A stretch of DNA of 57,839 nt, filler included, from Sphacelaria rigidula (taxonomy: Eukaryota): assembly GCA_964200075.2 (NCBI GenBank). It is 9 parts of 9 records of this genome, joined end to end, with 100 filler letters (N's around TTAATTAATTAA, not from the genome) between each part and the next. Parts side by side here need not be neighbours in the genome. Positions count along the whole stretch, not along the records: positions 6,439 to 12,776 come from CAXNAA020020686.1; positions 12,877 to 19,214 come from CAXNAA020020687.1; positions 19,315 to 25,652 come from CAXNAA020020688.1; positions 25,753 to 32,090 come from CAXNAA020020689.1; 5 more parts are not named here. The stretch is one strand, 5' to 3'. Positions 12,491 through 25,826 of the stretch are shown piece by piece. Positions within the stretch are counted from its first letter, which is position 1; each line of letters opens with the position of its first letter. The notes under the pieces are model-generated. The model was not told where the DNA came from. It was given only the letters and a program-made list of their open reading frames with translations, and made no database searches. The translations under genes and the position numbers were made by a program.

Positions 12491-12876
12491 GAAAAAAAAA
12501 AACAGCCCAAAACTGTCTCGAAGGGCAAACGTCATACAGCGCCTGATGTTTGCTATTAGACTGCATGAAGGTCCTCATATGGGCGACATTGGCGAAAACG
12601 AACCGAAGCGTGGCAACTCTCAGCTGCTCGTTGTGCTCGGCTTTTCCCATTTCGATTCACGTGTAGATTTTGCCTCCCAAAACCAGCCTTTTTTTTTTTT
12701 TTGGGGGGGGGGTGTTTTTATTCGTTTATTGCCTTTGTGATTTTAGCATTGACCACGTTTTCGTTTTGCGATGGGGNNNNNNNNNNNNNNNNNNNNNNNN
12801 NNNNNNNNNNNNNNNNNNNNTTAATTAATTAANNNNNNNNNNNNNNNNNNNNNNNNNNNNNNNNNNNNNNNNNNNN

Positions 12877-13733
12877 AGTGTGGGGAAAGCACTGTTTTAG
12901 GCTTGAACCTCATCTCGGAGTTAAACCTCAATTCGCACAATTTGTTGTTGGATGATAAACCCGTTGGTAACAAACTACTCTATCTCGACTTGCCTCACGA
13001 CTTCCAGGGCAAGGACACCAAACCCCGCGTCTCTGTGCACAGATGCAAACCCTGCACGAACCCGCATGATACAAGTGACATACCCGAGTACCTGTCTGCC
13101 GGACTCACACAGTATGTTCTCAACAGCTACTCGACCAAGTCCCCGCCCTACCACGTTACAACCGACGACGTGACGGAACAGCCCCTCCGATTGACCGTGT
13201 CCGCTATCTCCGGCCACCAGATAACCCGTGGTCGAGGTGGCAAAATCGCTGTCATGTATAAGACACACTGGCACGGTCTTCGGAGAGCGCCTTGGGAACG
13301 CGAATCCGACCATCGATTGCACCGTCGTGCAATCCTCCTGTAGTGGACGCAATCCCAACATCAGCATCTTGCCCACAACAAGAAATATCTCAACATGCGT
13401 CGTGGCGCAGCAGCCCGCGAACTTCACCGCGATCAGGGACTACGCTTCGTCGCCAATGGTTACGAACTTGTACCCACCAAGACTTGTAAGACCAAGTTCT
13501 TCGCAAACCAGCGAATACTGCCCAAGGGCAGCTACCTTTGGTTCAAAGGCAGCGACAACCTCTGGTGGTTGGGTCAGACCCACTCCGCTAACCTGATTTC
13601 GGCCGACACATACATCGTGCGCTTCATCGATGACCCTGGACCCATACAGCTCAAGCTTCGGCCAGCACTATACACCACCAGCCCATCTGCACCACGCGGA
13701 TCCTGGTGCCTCCAGCGCCTTAAGTCCAAATGA
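12877..13733 (+). pseudogene. C-terminal end of a Ty3/Gypsy pol (integrase tail with chromodomain-like segment), one in-frame stop
   Basis: ORFs 12903-13343 and 13395-13733 are in the same frame, separated by TAG. VSAISGHQITRGRGGKIAVMYKTHWHGLRRAPWERE fits a chromodomain pattern (Y..hW.G....W). A PPT and LTR follow. Confidence 0.75.
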
Positions 13734-14523
13734 CTTCGCCGCGGTCTCCAGCGCAACATCGACCACACCCACAACGTCCACGCCCCGCTTTAAACCACGC
13801 TCCCTTGTCGCAACTATTGCCCCCCCCTCCATTTTTTGTAGCATTGTCTACTCTCCCTTCTCCACCAAGATCCTCTTCTACAACATCACAACAGGGCGAC
13901 ATACATCGGACGATGATCAAGAATTACTGCGACGACCACCATCTACGATTGCTGGAGCTATAGTATCCCCTTGCGGCTGGCGCTCGATCTCGTTGGATCA
14001 CCGATTATCAGGTTTCTGATCTTGCAGTTTTGTTTTCTTTTGCACCTTTGGATTCCCCCAGGTTGAAGGTCTGCTCCCTGTTGTACCTTTGGCTTCCACC
14101 AGGTTACCCGGGGCAGAAACCAATTTCACTGAGTGACATTGGAATGAGCTGATATCAACAATCCAGCCCGTGGTCAGGAGCAGCAAAAGAAGAGAAGAAT
14201 AAGAACGGAAAAGGACAGAAGTAACAGCCACAGAAAGGAAAGGGGGGAAGCAGCGAAAACAACAATAATAACAACACACACTAACAGAAACACACCGAGA
14301 TGATCATCTCGCATCACGTATCTGATTGCAACAATCCAGCTCGTGATCAGAAACAGAAAAAATGGAGAAAAATGAAAAAAATGAGGGGGAAACAAAAAAC
14401 GTAGAGAGAGTAGTACAAGAGACAGAAGGACTGAGCTAGGCTCGTTTCCGGGAGGGGGGGGGAGCACAGACAAAACAAAAAATAGACGAGGAACCACCAG
14501 GAACATGGAAGTATAATGGGGGT

Positions 14524-14928
14524 TGTTGCCTCACTCAAAGGTGCTTGTGACTCAAATCTCTGACGACGTGAAAGCCGAAAGCCAGCCTGGAGCATGACAT
14601 GGTTCATGCTTTCGTTCGTGTTGAGGTGGTGAGATCGCTCTCTATTTCCGAATTTTCATATTCCCTCGGGGGAGCGCTGAGTGCCGCAAACCCGTCCAAC
14701 ACGGACACTCGGTAATCAGCATGGTGTGTGGGTACGCACCACCCAGCATGTTTCAGCAGTGGAGGGCGACACATGCTTGCGCCCATCATGCACGTGCAAA
14801 CGGATTGTTTGGGAGCCAACCACTAGGGCTCCTGGTGATCACCATGCCTCAGCCGGCATTATAGCACTTTAAGGAACCATGCCGCTCGTGAAGCACAAGA
14901 GATCACCGCCAAACACATACACACAACA
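14524..14928 (+). mobile_element. 3' LTR of the Gypsy element
   Basis: TGTTG...CAACA termini, preceded by purine-rich GGAAGTATAATGGGGG; downstream of the pol remnant. Confidence 0.65.
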
Positions 14929-16939
14929 ATGGACTTTCGACGACTGGAGGGGCGTATCCCGAGGTATCCTATGTGGATATGGATATCCCAGGTGGATGTC
15001 CATCTGGGATACTTGAGGTTCGAATGGACATCCCAGATGAATCTGACATCATCCAAGGCGAACATTGCAGAAGGATACTCCAGATGCAGGCTGCTCGACA
15101 ACGCAGGCCTCTCGATACTACACTGACATAACACGACGCGCCCTTCCTGGGCCGTGTGAACACGCGAGGGAAACCCGTACCCGTGACTGCTACTACACGC
15201 TCTTCAAATCTTTACTGCAGAAGAATTCGCACATTAAAATCAAGTCTACAAGCGTTGGCGCAAGTACCGTACTGGGCAAGGACTCAAGTCTCTCTGCAGT
15301 ACTCATCAGTATGGCCCTCGTACTTTATGTATAGATACCAACAAGACTTTCTGAATCTTCATCCTGGGAGCAACCGTATACACACGTCAATTACACAGGA
15401 GTGAAGCACTGCTTCGCGATCAAAGGTTGAAGGATTGGAAACCTACCACAGCGCGCCGCTCATAAAAGGATGCACTATACACCCTATCTAGGTGTCACTA
15501 TCAGAGATTACGTTTGGGGGTTCACATGGCGAACCCATGGCGCAGAACATCTACAGCAACGCAAATCTTGATGGGAAAAAACAGGGGGAACATATGCACA
15601 TGTCCTTCGAATATGTACAGAAACACACACATACACACACGTACGAGTAGAGCAGCAGCTGGCGCGGGCTCTTCAGCATACAAAAATGCTCCGTACTCAA
15701 CGTCACAACAATTCCAAGCAAAGAAGAAAGTGCGCTGGCTTTTTTTTTGGACAAGTCAATCGTTGTTGCGTTGTCCAAAACGCGACGTACTCTTTGCCCT
15801 AAGAAATTAAGCGTCTCGTGTGCTTTACAATTAAAAACAAGGTACCAACCACATGCAGCATCATTCACAACGACAGCAAGCAGAGGTACAGACAGGTGGG
15901 TGGGACCCACGACTGTTCTCTTTCACCAACGACGCTACAGTAGCAAGTAGGGCAGCAATCTCATGAGCAGCTAGCTATTCAAGTCTTGAACGGCCTGGCC
16001 GACGCGCATTACTACCGAGCACATAATTTATCCCAAACAGCAATCCCCCCGCTAGACATGAAAAAGCTTGTCTTCGAATGCTATCCTATAGGGCAGAGCA
16101 ACGATGTTCTGAGCCCTCGCCACGTGCGTCGAGGTCTCCAAGAACCAGCTGAAAACCAGGCTTGACAAAACTTTCAGGGTTTCCTTCCTGTTCAAGATTG
16201 TCCTTGGCGGCGGTCTTCATTCGCATTGTAGTGGCCACCTCCTCCGAACGTCTTGCCTAACAAGAACTCCTTGTCGAACGCGTTCGTCGCGAACTTGGAC
16301 TTATCCACCTTTCCGTTGGGATATTTTCCGAACAACAAAAGCGGGGACGAGTGAGAAATCAGACAAGGAGCGGTGGTCTTTGAGGGCAGAGCAACATTGC
16401 GATGGAGGCGATACATTTGCAGGAGAAAGAGGAAGCCTTCACCACGTGTAGTAAGTACCCTCCTTCAAACATAGCGCAGTAGAGTACACGGCATGGCTGC
16501 AGTTAAAAAGCCCATAACATGGAACAACTTACAGGTATCATTACGGCATGCTCAAGTGCCACAACTCCAGCCCTCTGGGTGACCGCCGACAACAATATCT
16601 CAACACCAACATCGCGGGAAGGGGGGGAGCTGTATGTGTTCTTCTGTGTACTCTCTTTCTGTGCTGTGATAAGTGCTACGATCGATGTTGCTTCAGGCTT
16701 GGATACCAGTGCTCGCGTTATACAACGTGCACAAGGTGGACCTGTACACTATATTCCTACACAACAGTGTTTATACCCACCGCATATGCAAGTATATCTC
16801 ACGGATACAATACATCGCCGTAGAAAAATATCAGGCTTCACTTAGTGTAGGGGTAACCTCTGAATTAAGGTATGGTAACCCATCTATACAGAATATATTT
16901 CCCTTCTGGATGCAACCCATGTATATATATATACATATA

Positions 16940-17470
16940 CTTCCTCTGTCACATAAGTAGAGGTACCAAAATTTGTACGGGCCCTTAACGATTTCCGATC
17001 GCTTGTTTTTTTTCAATGAACTCTACGGTGTTTCTTAGATCAAGAAAATGTGTTTGAAATTTGCAGCTCGTGCTTGAACCGTGCCGCCGAACGGCTGCAA
17101 AAAAAGTAGTCGGCCCCAAAATGGCCGTTTTTTGCCCCTTCCCGAGGGGAAAAAAAGCTTCGAAAAATCTTTTCTTGTTTTGTTTTTAATCACCCCCGCC
17201 TTTAGTGGGGCTGGCTGCCAGGAAGTCCCACGCGATAAAATAAAATAAAAACGACACTTTTTTCCCCCTCGGAAAAGGGGCAAAAAACGGCCATTTGGGG
17301 GCCGACTACTTTTTTTGCAGTCGTTCGGCGGCATGGTTCAAGCACGAGCTGCAAATTTTCAAAACATTTTCTTGACCCAAAAAACACCGTAGAGTTCATT
17401 AAAAAAAAAAAACGGACATCGTTAAGGGCCCGAACAAATTTAGGTACCTTTACTTATGGGACAGAGGAAG
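16940..17470. mobile_element. Stowaway-like (Tc1/mariner) fold-back MITE
   Basis: TA-CTTCCTCTGTCACATAAGTA ... TACTTATGGGACAGAGGAAG-TA; ~220-bp inverted arms; TA on both flanks. Confidence 0.9.
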
Positions 17471-18084
17471 TATAGATTTATATACGACAGTTTCTGCGGC
17501 TATCGCCGCCAGGCTCAATGGGTCGACAGGCAAAATACATGGGCACCGGTGTTGATACTCATTTGCGTTGCGTAATGGTACATGGTACCGTTTGGCAAAG
17601 CCGTAGTAGCAGCTAGCTCATGAACTGACACGCTGTTCGAGGCCTTGCGCAAACCTTTTCAGAATTCCATTAGAGACGATGATTGGGCGAGACGCGCGTC
17701 CACCACCAACAAAAAGGGTCAGCACCCGTTGAGCTGATGCCGATTCAAATTCGAAAAAGAAGGGTCTGTTTTCACCCCCACCTCGAGCGTTCAGTGGAGA
17801 AGGACGGCACGCTGCGGTTTCATACCTTTCTCAATGGATCATGATGCCGATTCCAAAAATGAAAATATTTGCCTCGTTTCTAGCCAGAGGAGGAACAACG
17901 GAGATGTCCCGATGACAAGAGGCTGATGCAAAGGCTTGACACGTGACAAACAACCCAACACAGTCAGAGGTGGACGCGGGGAACTCGTTGCCCCCGCAAG
18001 CCGAAAATACAGCTTGATTGAACGCGTGCATCTCATTGCTCCCGCAAACCAAAAACGCACAGGTTGTCGAAATTTAGCCACCCC

Positions 18085-18221
18085 CACGACATAGTCGCTC
18101 TTCACCGTTGGGCATGGTGTGAGATAAAATCCCAGATCGTGTGACTGCACGGAGATTCGAACCCACGACTCAACCATCAGAGGGTTTCGAGGTTACCAAC
18201 TGAGCCACCAGGGCAACCAGC
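18085..18221 (-). mobile_element. tRNA-headed SINE, 5' half
   Basis: Minus strand has A box TGGCTCAGTTGG and B box GGTTCGAATCT; colinear with 26489-26615. Confidence 0.8.
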
Positions 18222-19149
18222 TGGTGACTCGAATCTGAAATAGAAGCCGTTGTTTTTTGCACCTCATAATAAAATAATCGCATGTACGGTAAAGCGGCAG
18301 CAGCAGCAGCTACAACAGCAACCAGTCCAGAGACAGTAAAAGGGGAGTACAGTCGAGACGACGCGACATGCGGGCAAGATCACAACATGCTCCCGGTATA
18401 CCCCGAGAATGAACGGAGAGTCGTTCCGCACAGCCGATCCAACTGAGCATGATGCCGATTCAATTTTCAAGTGAAAACCATACCGGTTCCACGAATGAAT
18501 GTGGGGTCTGTGTACGATGGGAGGTGACATCTCTGACGGTCAAAGTGCCCACCGTCCAACGGGGAAATGCATCAAACGTCAAATCGTCGTGGAAAACACA
18601 GTGCGGAAAGCGTATGCACTCCAAACCTGAGCAGAACGGGAACGCACCCTAATGCCCAGCGAAATGCAAGCGAAGAGGCTGATGGCGAAAAACTGCACTC
18701 TAAAATCAGGTCAACAAAAAATGCTGGATTCTCAGAGGTTCACAGAACGTACTGGCCCCGAAAGATATGTACTCTGAAAACACGTAAAAAAATACACCAA
18801 AAGTGCACCTGTCTGCAGGGCTTGAAAATGAGCCGGAATGTAACCTGTATGTATGGTCATTCTGTTCTGTTGCACTCTCAACCCCTCCCCTTCCTGGCCG
18901 ACGAGTCCGTGGTGTCAAGGGATCGACCCATTTATCTCTCCCCCGGAACACACCTTACATTACATGTTAGTCTTGCCGATTGACCATGACTATCATCACT
19001 AGCGCACCGCGTCGACTCTCGTAAAAAAAACTCAGAGAACAACTTTCCGTTTACTCGCCTACTCACGCTTTCAATGACGGAAATCAGTTTTTTTTTCTTT
19101 AATAATAAGAAAATCCAGACGCATCTGGCGGAAATCAGACCCGCATTTT

Positions 19150-19214
19150 CGACTCAACGGTCGACGAGGGAAAGGGATTGCTGAACCCCTCTCGCGATAA
19201 AAATAAAAGGCAAG
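19150..19214 (+). mobile_element. Internal fragment of the tRNA-headed SINE
   Basis: CTCAACGGTCGACGAGGGAAAGGGA...CCCCTCTCGCGATAAAAATAAAAG matches 41-100. Confidence 0.8.
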
Positions 19215-20707
19215 NNNNNNNNNNNNNNNNNNNNNNNNNNNNNNNNNNNNNNNNNNNNTTAATTAATTAANNNNNNNNNNNNNNNNNNNNNNNNNNNNNN
19301 NNNNNNNNNNNNNNATGCTCCTTGCACTCTGTGACCACGGGTTCGAGAGATCGAGCTAATGTGATGGATATAATAACAATGGATTATTTAGAGGCGAACC
19401 CGCTACTTTCTGTTCTTGGTTGTTGACCGCCCCCATTTTTCGGGGCTGGTCAACACTTCCCCCCACCCCCGAGGGAAATGGGGGGGAAATTTTTTAGAGC
19501 GGACGCAGAAAAGAAAACAGGAGACATTAGACCAAACAAACCCACGAACCCAACCAAAACGAAAACAAACAAGAACAAAAAAGAGGAAGGAAAAAAAAAA
19601 CGAGACAACCAACCGTTCTACCCTTGTTTCACCCTCTCCCGAGTAACAGGGCGGCGGGCGGGCGAATTGATTCGAACACGTTCGAGAACCACCGCATGTA
19701 CTGTACTCGTCTGTTTTACACCCGTGAATGTTCTTTGCGTTGCTCAATACTGGCGAGCGTGGAGTGCTTTTCGGGCTTGGGATCTGAAAACAACTGAGCG
19801 TAGTGGGGTTGCGGTTTTTGTCCTCTCACAGTGACCCCAACCATCCTGTTGTGTCGTCATCCGCCACCCCATGATCCTGATCCTATAATTCGTCATCCGC
19901 CAACACAAACCTCAGACTTCTTCGAAATTCTACTATTATTGTTGTTGCTCCGTGAGGTAGCTACCAGCCAGACATCTCGACGGGGTCTGGTTTGTGTGCG
20001 GGGGATTTCCCCAGGCCGCGGAAAGATGCCGCGGAGAGATTGTACGTCCTGTGATGTTTTGCCGTGCGGTGGCCTGGAGGGTGATTTTCGAGGAGCGGTA
20101 AGTGGTCACCAGAGGGTCTACTCTGGCAAAAAGGGGACCTAACCATGGACGAAAAAGGGTCTAGGATAAAACCAGTAGATGATTCTGGACCGTCCCACCC
20201 AGTTCTCAGACTAGAGGAGGTCCACCGCGCAGTCCTTACTGCCCGCGGCACTGTTTGGCCCGTAGGCGCGCCCGAAAGTTCGTGAAAGTCGACGTCCGTG
20301 CTCTGCCTAGGCCGTGGTCGACTTGCCTTCACGTCTGCATCGAATTTCGATCAATTTCAGCGGAGCACCGACAGAATCCGCACATGTGTTTTGCCAAGGA
20401 CCCTTTTCGGCTGAAAAGGGTGTGGGTCGACTCAATTGTGTCTACGGCCTTTTTTCAATTGCACAAAAAACGGGAGTACCTGGACGGGAGGGGAGGGTTC
20501 CATTTTTGTCGCCGTCAGCGTGCATAACCTAGGTCTTACATTCATTTTCTCAAGTGACAAATAATGTCGTTTCAGCAGATGACCTGCTCTGGCGGTGAAA
20601 TGCTTACCCCAGCTTTACTTAGATTCTACATCTTGTTACTCTTAACCCTTCGAGCGGGCAGGAGTGTGAAAGAGGGTGGCAAGGATGTTGACATGGTATT
20701 GGCGAGT

Positions 20708-20815
20708 TTAACCCTTAGGCCACGAGGGTAATCCATCGGGTTCATGCATATACTTTTTCCAAGTGAAATTGATGCCATGTCAACAGATGACCTAATCTCG
20801 CCGCCAAAGGGTTAA
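20708..20815. mobile_element. ~105-bp TTAA MITE, complete copy
   Basis: TTAACCCTT...CAAGTGAAATTGATGCC...CAGATGACCTA.TCTCGC...AAGGGTTAA. Confidence 0.85.
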
Positions 20816-22101
20816 CGCGCAGAGTGACTAAAATCAAATAAAAAATGTGCCAAACATCAGTCCTGTAACATACAAGGCGAGCGCGGAAGTGAAAAAGGTT
20901 TAAAAATTCAAAACAGCACCAACCTACTGAGCGAGTAATCGCAAAGAACGGGGAGCGACAACGATCTGCCTGTGAATATAACCAGCTGGGATGAACGCCC
21001 CTCGAGTGGACGAGATCCTTCCGATTGATAAGGCAAGAAATGCGGGAAACAAGAAAACCCTTACTCGTACAGGCCAGCATCGCTAGCCATGATATTTTCA
21101 GAACAGTTTCTCTGAACAGGATTTGTTTCGAACATCACGAACTTGTAAGAGTGTGAGAGTGCAAACTTCCAACTTCAGACAGGGTATTGGGCGGTTTGAT
21201 CCTATCGATTCCTATCGCAGGGAGGGTCATGTGTTCTACTCTGCAGTACAGTACTGACTGCCGTGAACCGTGAACTACGACCTGTGCTGTAACTAACTGA
21301 AACTGTATATCTGTATCTGTATCTGTGTAGGATATCCTTTAGCGTTAGTGGTCGGCGCCTTCATCTTACGGGTGCAAACGGTGAACGGCGTTGTCCAATC
21401 AAAAGCAACAGCGGTATACACAATTTACTCTGGCGACATTGATTCACTATGACATGGTAGCATTAAGCTGATAGAGTTGACATGTACTGCGCGAAACCTA
21501 TCGCCACCAACGCCTTTTGCTTACCACACCGCTCACGTACAGAGCAGCAGTACAGTACCCCTACACCACCGTTTCCTTTGGCGACGAAAGTGCGGCGAAA
21601 TCTTTGCGAATACATGTAAACTCACCGTCTTATTCTCGCTGAGCTTCACGATGAGATCATCCACACCACGGGGGGCACCCCAAGCCATGAATACACGATA
21701 ATCACCTACACGAGAATCGATTACATGCGAGAACGATTCAAGTAGGCCAGCTTAATAACAGAGCCCCATCCAGTATCTAACTTGACCCGACTATGCTATT
21801 GTCATAATTCTATATGACGATATATAACACCCCTATATGGTCGCGTTCTTATCATTGATCTTTAATCCCTTGGGAAAAGTGAGGAATTTATGATGATATG
21901 ATGTTTATGTTGTTGTAAGAGATAACATGAATACCGAAATTTGGCCGATGGATTCTCTACAGGGTCTAGGATTTCTGTGAAAACAACTTGGAGCCTGAAC
22001 AACTTTTCGGGGAGGGGTGGTATACCCCGTCATGAATTGTGCACCTCAAACGGCACTCATCACTTGTTCTGTCTTCGCGGTGTCTGGCTCACTGCACTGT
22101 G

Positions 22102-24327
22102 ATGGCTGACACGGGAGGTGCTGGTAGGGGAGGGGGTTACAGCCGAGGTGGGGGAAACAATAGGAGGCGTAGGAGTGGTGGCAGCAACAACAACAGCGGC
22201 CGCAACAACAACCGCAGCGGCGGCAGCAGCAACAACAACAACAACAACCATAACAGCGCCAGCAGCAGCAGCATCAACCGTGGTATACCTGATATTGACA
22301 GACTGCTTAGACAGCAACCCTCCCGGGTCAGCGACGGCGGTGGTTTCAGCGACGGAAGCAATGGCAGAGGTTCTGCAAAGTCACTTGCGGAGGCGATGGG
22401 CGCACTGGTACTGTCAAGCGGTACACTTGGCAAGCTTCAGGTGGGTACTGTTGTTGTTTTGAGTGTGACAGTGCATCTGCTGGGTGGTCTACATTATTGT
22501 TCATATATTTGTATCCAGTGGGGGTGCCATTCGTGCGTTGACCGTGCGTGGGGTTCATGTGTACAACCGAGAGGTGCAGACAACACCACGGTACCATATC
22601 AGTGGCTAAAGTCGTACTCAACGGTAGACAGTGCAGCACAAAAGAGTACAGCATCGTGACGTGAGCTTTACCATCGCAGCAGATGTTGCAACACTGTCCT
22701 GCACGAGCCATAGTGTTCATCGTCGGGCCAAGTCCGTAACCGGAGAAACCACGAGGAGTTAAGAAACCATGAGGGGCTTTTTCGTGATTGACTCGATGGC
22801 ACCGTCTCTCTGTACTCTCAGTACCTCATGATGTATTCGATTGCCCCCAGCAGCGATCTGATCGCAAAATACACGCACAGATTTCCACTTGAATCGTTGT
22901 ATATGCCTGAGCATTCCCTCGGCCAGGGGGCGCTTGCGTTTAGCGTACTTTTACTGTACTCCGGCAACGCAAAGGCCAACTTGACTCAAGATTGTGCGGA
23001 ACACAGGCTAGGCCTTGGTTTCCGCACTACTGTGCGAGTGGTACCATATCCCTTCCACGACCAGGAGTGTGCTCTGTTCCATTGGCATCATGTTCACTTG
23101 AAAAATGAACAAGATTCAGGTGTCCGTCCGTTCGCTGTGAATCTCCATCGTGGACAGTGCTGGGCCTTTACTCCCTGTGAGAATACTGGTATGATAATCG
23201 ATCATATGGCCATGACATGTTTGTCTTATCGGTTATGTACGGCATATGAAGAATTCGAGGTTCACATGATTTCTCATATACGAATGCAAAAATGTCGCCC
23301 CAAACAATCACGTCGATATGCAGCTGTGCTGCCTGCCCATGGTTTGGTTTCACGTTTGTCTACCACCCCTCCGAACAGCAATCGTGGGCGGGCTCAGCAG
23401 ATTCGAGAAAGCATGAAACCACGATTATGCTGTCCTTCAACTGTATGCCACGGGTATGGCCACCTCCTCCAACAAACCCAGTACAATTCTGCCCACCGCA
23501 GCGCACAAACTGACGATCAATACTTCCCAACACCTGGCAAAACAAAGGCAAATGTGGTACAAATGTGACAGCTATTTCCATTCTGGAATCCAAAACGCGA
23601 CCTCACAAAAGTCTTGCCTTGCTGCGAAACACACGCCTTCACTTCACACAGTAGGGCATGCTAGCAGCTAGTGTTCAAACCCAAATTTGTTTTCTCAGCA
23701 TCACGAACATTTATATATATATATATATATTATACCACTATATATTACTGCGCATGGTCATGTGTGGTTTCGCCATTTTCATCCCCAGCTTTTATTTGCG
23801 ACAACGGTGCATCGCGCTGAAACTTGATGCATTGGTGTGTAATTGTCTTGGCTGTATGTACATGACAAGTTGAGCTGTCTCATCAGCAGGTGCTGTGTGA
23901 GTCGAGGTATCATGACCTCTGCATCGGGTGTTTGAGCACTGAAGATGCGGCTGAAACCTTCACTAAAAGTAACATGATAACACGGCGATTTCGCCGCACC
24001 TTGTCTGTTCCTGGCGCACTCAACGTCCCTGGGCCCCACACTACGCTTCCTTTCGGTGTGTGTATTTCTGCTGTACATTGCACTTGAGGTGGACTTCACG
24101 TCATTTGCGTACTTATTTGAGGGTTAAGTGATGTTGATCAGTCTGATTTCATGATTGAAAGCCCGCATAACGCCGAACAGCCAGTGTTTGATGCCGGCTG
24201 TGTCCATATAATTTGTCAAGTACGCTTCGACGTCACGGTATGTGCAGGGTTGTCCAACTTCTTCGGCGTTGTTTCATCTGCGGCATTTGTGTATTCCCGC
24301 GAAACCTTTTACCATGGATTGATTATG
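22102..24327 (+). CDS. 5' part of an unknown gene, exons 22102-22440, 23890-23968, 24248-24327; Gly/Arg/Asn-rich N-terminus
   Basis: ATG plus 113 codons to CAG|GTGGGT. The later exons have AG/GT ends with matching phases (0, then 1) and give ...LGKLQ-VLCESRYHDLCIGCLSTEDAAETFTK-RLSNFFGVVSSAAFVYSRETFYHGLIM. Confidence 0.6.
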
Positions 24328-25752
24328 GTGAGCGCAGTATGTGCGCGCCTTTCTCGTTCTCGTTCCAGGCGACTAGACTGACTTCATAGCGCGAGAGCTG
24401 TGTGCTTTTGACGTCAGCACGGCAGTGTTTAGAACGCAGCTCTCGCCTAGGCACGATTCTTACCGAAGTCAAGTCAAGTGGGATTCTGAGCCTCTTTTTT
24501 CGACACGCTATAGAACTGCAACCAAGGTGTTCAGTTGACGAGGTTTACGTACACCTGCCAAACCTTTTGCAATAGAACGTAGATATTCCCAAGGTCATGC
24601 ATGTCAACCCTTAGTTGAGACAGCGAGAGTAGGTCATCTGTTGAATCGGAGCAATTTTACTTGACGGAAGTATGCGTGGTCCACGTGAACTAACTGAGTG
24701 AGGCGGTAAGCGGTGTAGCACGAGAGCGATAGTCTTGCAATACCAGGGAGTACGACCGCGAGGTATAGTTAGTCAAGACCGAGCAGAGACAACCTCCGCC
24801 CTTCCTCGTCCCACGCCACCTCATTTTGCTCCAAAGCGTCGATTATACTTGCTCCTCACATATTTAGTACATTTCCCTCGTTCTCGCAATCGGTCATACG
24901 TGCTGCGTGCTGTAGTTTTCTCCAAGAAGATGGGGGTCGAGTGTGCGGCGCACAGCACGAAAAAAAGAGGGGAGCGGAGTTTTTTGGGAGGGCGGTGTTT
25001 CTTTACGACACTGCACGAAGTCGGAATCAGGTTCGAAACTCTCAACGAGCGTGACAGGAACACGTGACTCAACACACGTTTAACCTATACAGCCAGGCCT
25101 GAGTAGACACGGACAGACATCCTGCAGCACAAGAGCATCACGCCTAGCGCTCGTTTCTTGCTCATCTACACAGACTGCTTGCTGTTTGCTTAACGGCAAT
25201 CCGTTCGGTAATAGAATGGGGGCAGCCGTGTGCGTGCCACAACAGTGGATTCGCTGGTGGGTGTCGTACAGTGGCCGCCTTGACCGAAATTGTCGTATCT
25301 TGTTCAATTTTTAACCCACCTGCCCCAAGCCAAGACCGTACTCGGGTGATCAAAAGCGACGGCTCGAGCTTTGCATTGTCTATCCTCAGGCAGGGGGATC
25401 AGAAGATTGTGTGTGTTTGTGCTTCTCTTGGCCAGGCTGCCTGAGAGAGGGGCGTGTGCCACAGCAAGTTGCATCGCTGGTTCAAACTCCCCGATTTAGC
25501 GGGAAAAGCCCAGAAGAGAGTTAAACACGGGATTTTACATAATTGAGGATGTTTTTTTTTCTTGAGGATGAACCTTGGAAACATTCCACGGTTAGGACGA
25601 ATCATCACGACTCAAAATCACCAAATTCCCGATTTCTTCGGCCTGATTGCCCNNNNNNNNNNNNNNNNNNNNNNNNNNNNNNNNNNNNNNNNNNNNTTAA
25701 TTAATTAANNNNNNNNNNNNNNNNNNNNNNNNNNNNNNNNNNNNNNNNNNNN

Positions 25753-25826
25753 TGATGCACCCACATACACCGAAAGATGTAGACTGGTGCCCAGAATAGA
25801 TGGGACGACAACACAATACACACACA
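25753..25826 (+). mobile_element. SINE 3' end with CA tail
   Basis: TGATGCACCCACAT..ACCGAAAG.TGTAGACTGG...GGGACGACAACAC. Confidence 0.8.

Noticed and set aside
16100..16416. Coding-looking minus-strand stretch (YPNGKVDKSKFATNAFDKEFLLGK)
   Set aside because: It needs a frameshift, lacks clear splice sites and has no recognisable family.
22828..23568. 246-aa ORF as a gene
   Set aside because: No recognisable motifs; it lies in the predicted first intron of the 22102 gene.
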